A stretch of 64,000 bases of DNA from Epiperipatus broadwayi (taxonomy: Eukaryota; Animalia; Onychophora), in contig JAQFVV010000006.1 in NCBI GenBank assembly GCA_028023455.1, positions 13,516,001 to 13,580,000 on the forward strand, written 5' to 3'. The position numbers were made by a program, and so were the translations under genes. Within the stretch, counting starts at the first letter, position 1. The number at the start of each line of letters is the position of its first letter. Below are positions 61,811 to 64,000 of this stretch, one piece after another. The notes beneath the pieces are model-generated. The model was given only the letters and a program-made list of their open reading frames with translations. It was not told the origin of the DNA and ran no database searches.

Positions 61811-62739
61811 CACCTGGGTCTTGTTTTATGCGGTAGATAGGTTCCACAGAAAACCCGCATTAAAAAAAATTGCACAAAAATAGACTTAACTTACCTTGAA
61901 AAATGGGGGATAGGTGCTGTAATTTTCAGAATTTGCATTAAAAAAATAAGCAAATAAAGTATGACTAATAAAAAATTTCAAATATTTGAAAAAAATTAAT
62001 ACAAAACAAACTTTTTTTTATTAACTACAGTATTTAATTTTACATTTTTCATATATATTTTAATTATTACCGCTACCGTTCGTTTGTAAACTGGCAAAAA
62101 ATCAGATTCGATGTGATATGATGTATTGTGGCTTCTTTAAACGAAGTCAAGAATCTCTCAGCAATTATGGCCCAGAGAAACCTATTAGCCACTTTATTTT
62201 TATTCATGATGTGATGTACAACTAGCGTCAGTTTCAGTCTTGTGTTGTGTTAATGGTTTTCTGTTTCTATATTAAAAAAAATGAAATCGCAAACAAAACA
62301 AAAAGATTGTACATTATCATTAGAAAGATTATTTCAGTTCATAAAATCTTCGTTTTTTATTTTAAAAATCTAAAAGATTATTTATTTATGTTATATATAA
62401 CAAAATATTTTAAAAGATTAAATTTTTTGAATATTTATTGCGATATTTTTATATGTAAGTATAAATCTATGATTATTATTTACTCATTAGTATAAATAAG
62501 TTATTTACATAGAAGCTAAAATTCTAAATACAGCTTCAGGCCATATTCACGTTAGCTGCTAATATAACATTATATTTTTGAAGAAAAAAAAAAGTATTTC
62601 AAGTGAAAATAAGTTATTAATAATTTAAATTTCTTGATATCTAATAAATATAGTGAAATATGAAAGATATTAAGAAGAAACATGAATCGCATAACTTCAA
62701 AATCGCATTAAAATAATCCACTAAAATGAGACCCAGGTA
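61811..62739. mobile_element. Tc1/mariner-pogo-type MITE with TA TSD
   Basis: TA|CACCTGGGTCTTGTTTTA versus TAAAATGAGACCCAGGTA|TA. Confidence 0.55.
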
Positions 62740-63579
62740 TAATGTGTTTTAAAACTTTCTGGGACTGTTCTTATATTCCGGAATTGTAACATCCACTTCA
62801 TTGTATTTAGCATGATGAGTGAAGAATGAATAACAATCTTACAAAAAAGACTGTGAACTTGTCATGGTTTTATGGGAGAGGCAAACCATATTTATTTTAT
62901 AAAAATTTGTTTACGAACATACAGTATTGATTTCTTTCAATAGAATGATATGACTGAGGGCAGACTACCGTTGAATGGGAATATATATTAATAAGCATTG
63001 AAATATTACGGTTTACATATTGATTCATATGATCATACACAAAAGCTTTTTTTTTTAATTTTGTTCTTTTTTGTCACTTTTTCTTTCTCTCTTTTATCTT
63101 GGGTTAGTATATTCATAATTGTTTATTGGTGGATATTGATGATTATTTAAGATTGGTCCTACCAGTGGCTTAGCTAAAATTTTTGGCCCATATGCATTGA
63201 CTTAATTTACTTCACGGTAGCTATCGTACTGCGACTTGTACATAAATTCACAAGAGTTTTGTGAAAATGGGAAATATGGAAATTGATACGGTTGGAAATA
63301 GAGAAATTACTTGTTGAGTTAATAAAGTATTGTCTACTTTATCGAATTACCAAAGCCATGATACACTATGAGGTTTAATGGGATGGTAGAATAGTAAACT
63401 CTAGAATTCAGGGTCTGTAAATTGTGGCTTTAACTAACATTTCTGGTGTTGAAGTTTCTTCCCAAGCAATAAACTGTTTATCTCTTTATTTATATCTTAA
63501 CCTTTGTAAATCATTTGGTATTTTTTATATTACTATGAAGACTATCTATAGATTCATTTTTTCATAATATAGGCTGAAC

Positions 63580-63700
63580 CATTGTGGTTTAGTGCATTGT
63601 AGAATGACAGACTCTGGAGTTCCAAGTCCTTGGTTCATGGTTCAAGTTCGGTGCTCGAACTTCATATGAACTCCCGAGCAATTAACTATTCAGTGGTTAT
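63580..63700 (+). mobile_element. Decayed copy of the tRNA-derived SINE at 32632
   Basis: Shared body GCTC(G/A)AACTTC.TATGAACTC.C.AGCAAT; A-box-like TTTAGTGCATTGTAGA. Confidence 0.6.
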
Positions 63701-64000
63701 TATTTACCATAATCGTAGTGATTAAGAGAGAGAGAGAGAGAAGTATTTAAAAATCTGGCTCTGAAAAGATTCCTAGCAAATGCACCCTTATGCATTAATA
63801 GCAGCCTTTAACACGTTGCTGCTGCTGTAAGAAAATAATATCGTAAGAATTGTTCTGCATGTAGACGAATAAAAATGAAGCATATAAAATTTAAATGATC
63901 AAAATGTAATATGAGATGGGTTAGATTTATGATATTTTTGCTGAAGACATTATTTTTTGATATATCGAATTTGGGAATAGAGAAGTGTGTAAACATTTTG

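Overview
Very AT-rich animal genomic DNA, probably arthropod; the species cannot be determined from the sequence. The only host gene I can support is a TMEM120 (TACAN-family) homologue on the + strand. Six in-phase GT-AG coding exons lie between 34891 and 60741; exon 1 was not found and the last exons lie beyond the window. The rest is mostly transposon DNA: RTE and CCHC-type LINE fragments, decayed Tigger/pogo, mariner and hAT transposases, MITEs, tRNA-derived SINEs and large foldback elements. The most notable content is a set of Penelope-like element (PLE) and hammerhead-ribozyme (HHR) sequences. (1) A 3.2-kb foldback has two apparently identical 1591-bp arms and a 22-nt spacer; each arm encodes an open RT plus GIY-YIG protein. 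It has a 10-12 bp TSD and is nested in a second PLE, which in turn split a LINE at a (TA)n tract. (2) Both of these PLEs carry minimal type I HHRs with the compensatory U3-A8 core. (3) A third PLE has a tRNA-Leu-like head just upstream of the HHR in its terminal repeat. (4) A non-coding ~450-bp HHR-bearing, retrozyme-like family (called R here) has at least 8 loci, some longer than one monomer and almost all head-to-head foldbacks. All alignments and folds were done by eye; no database search was possible.
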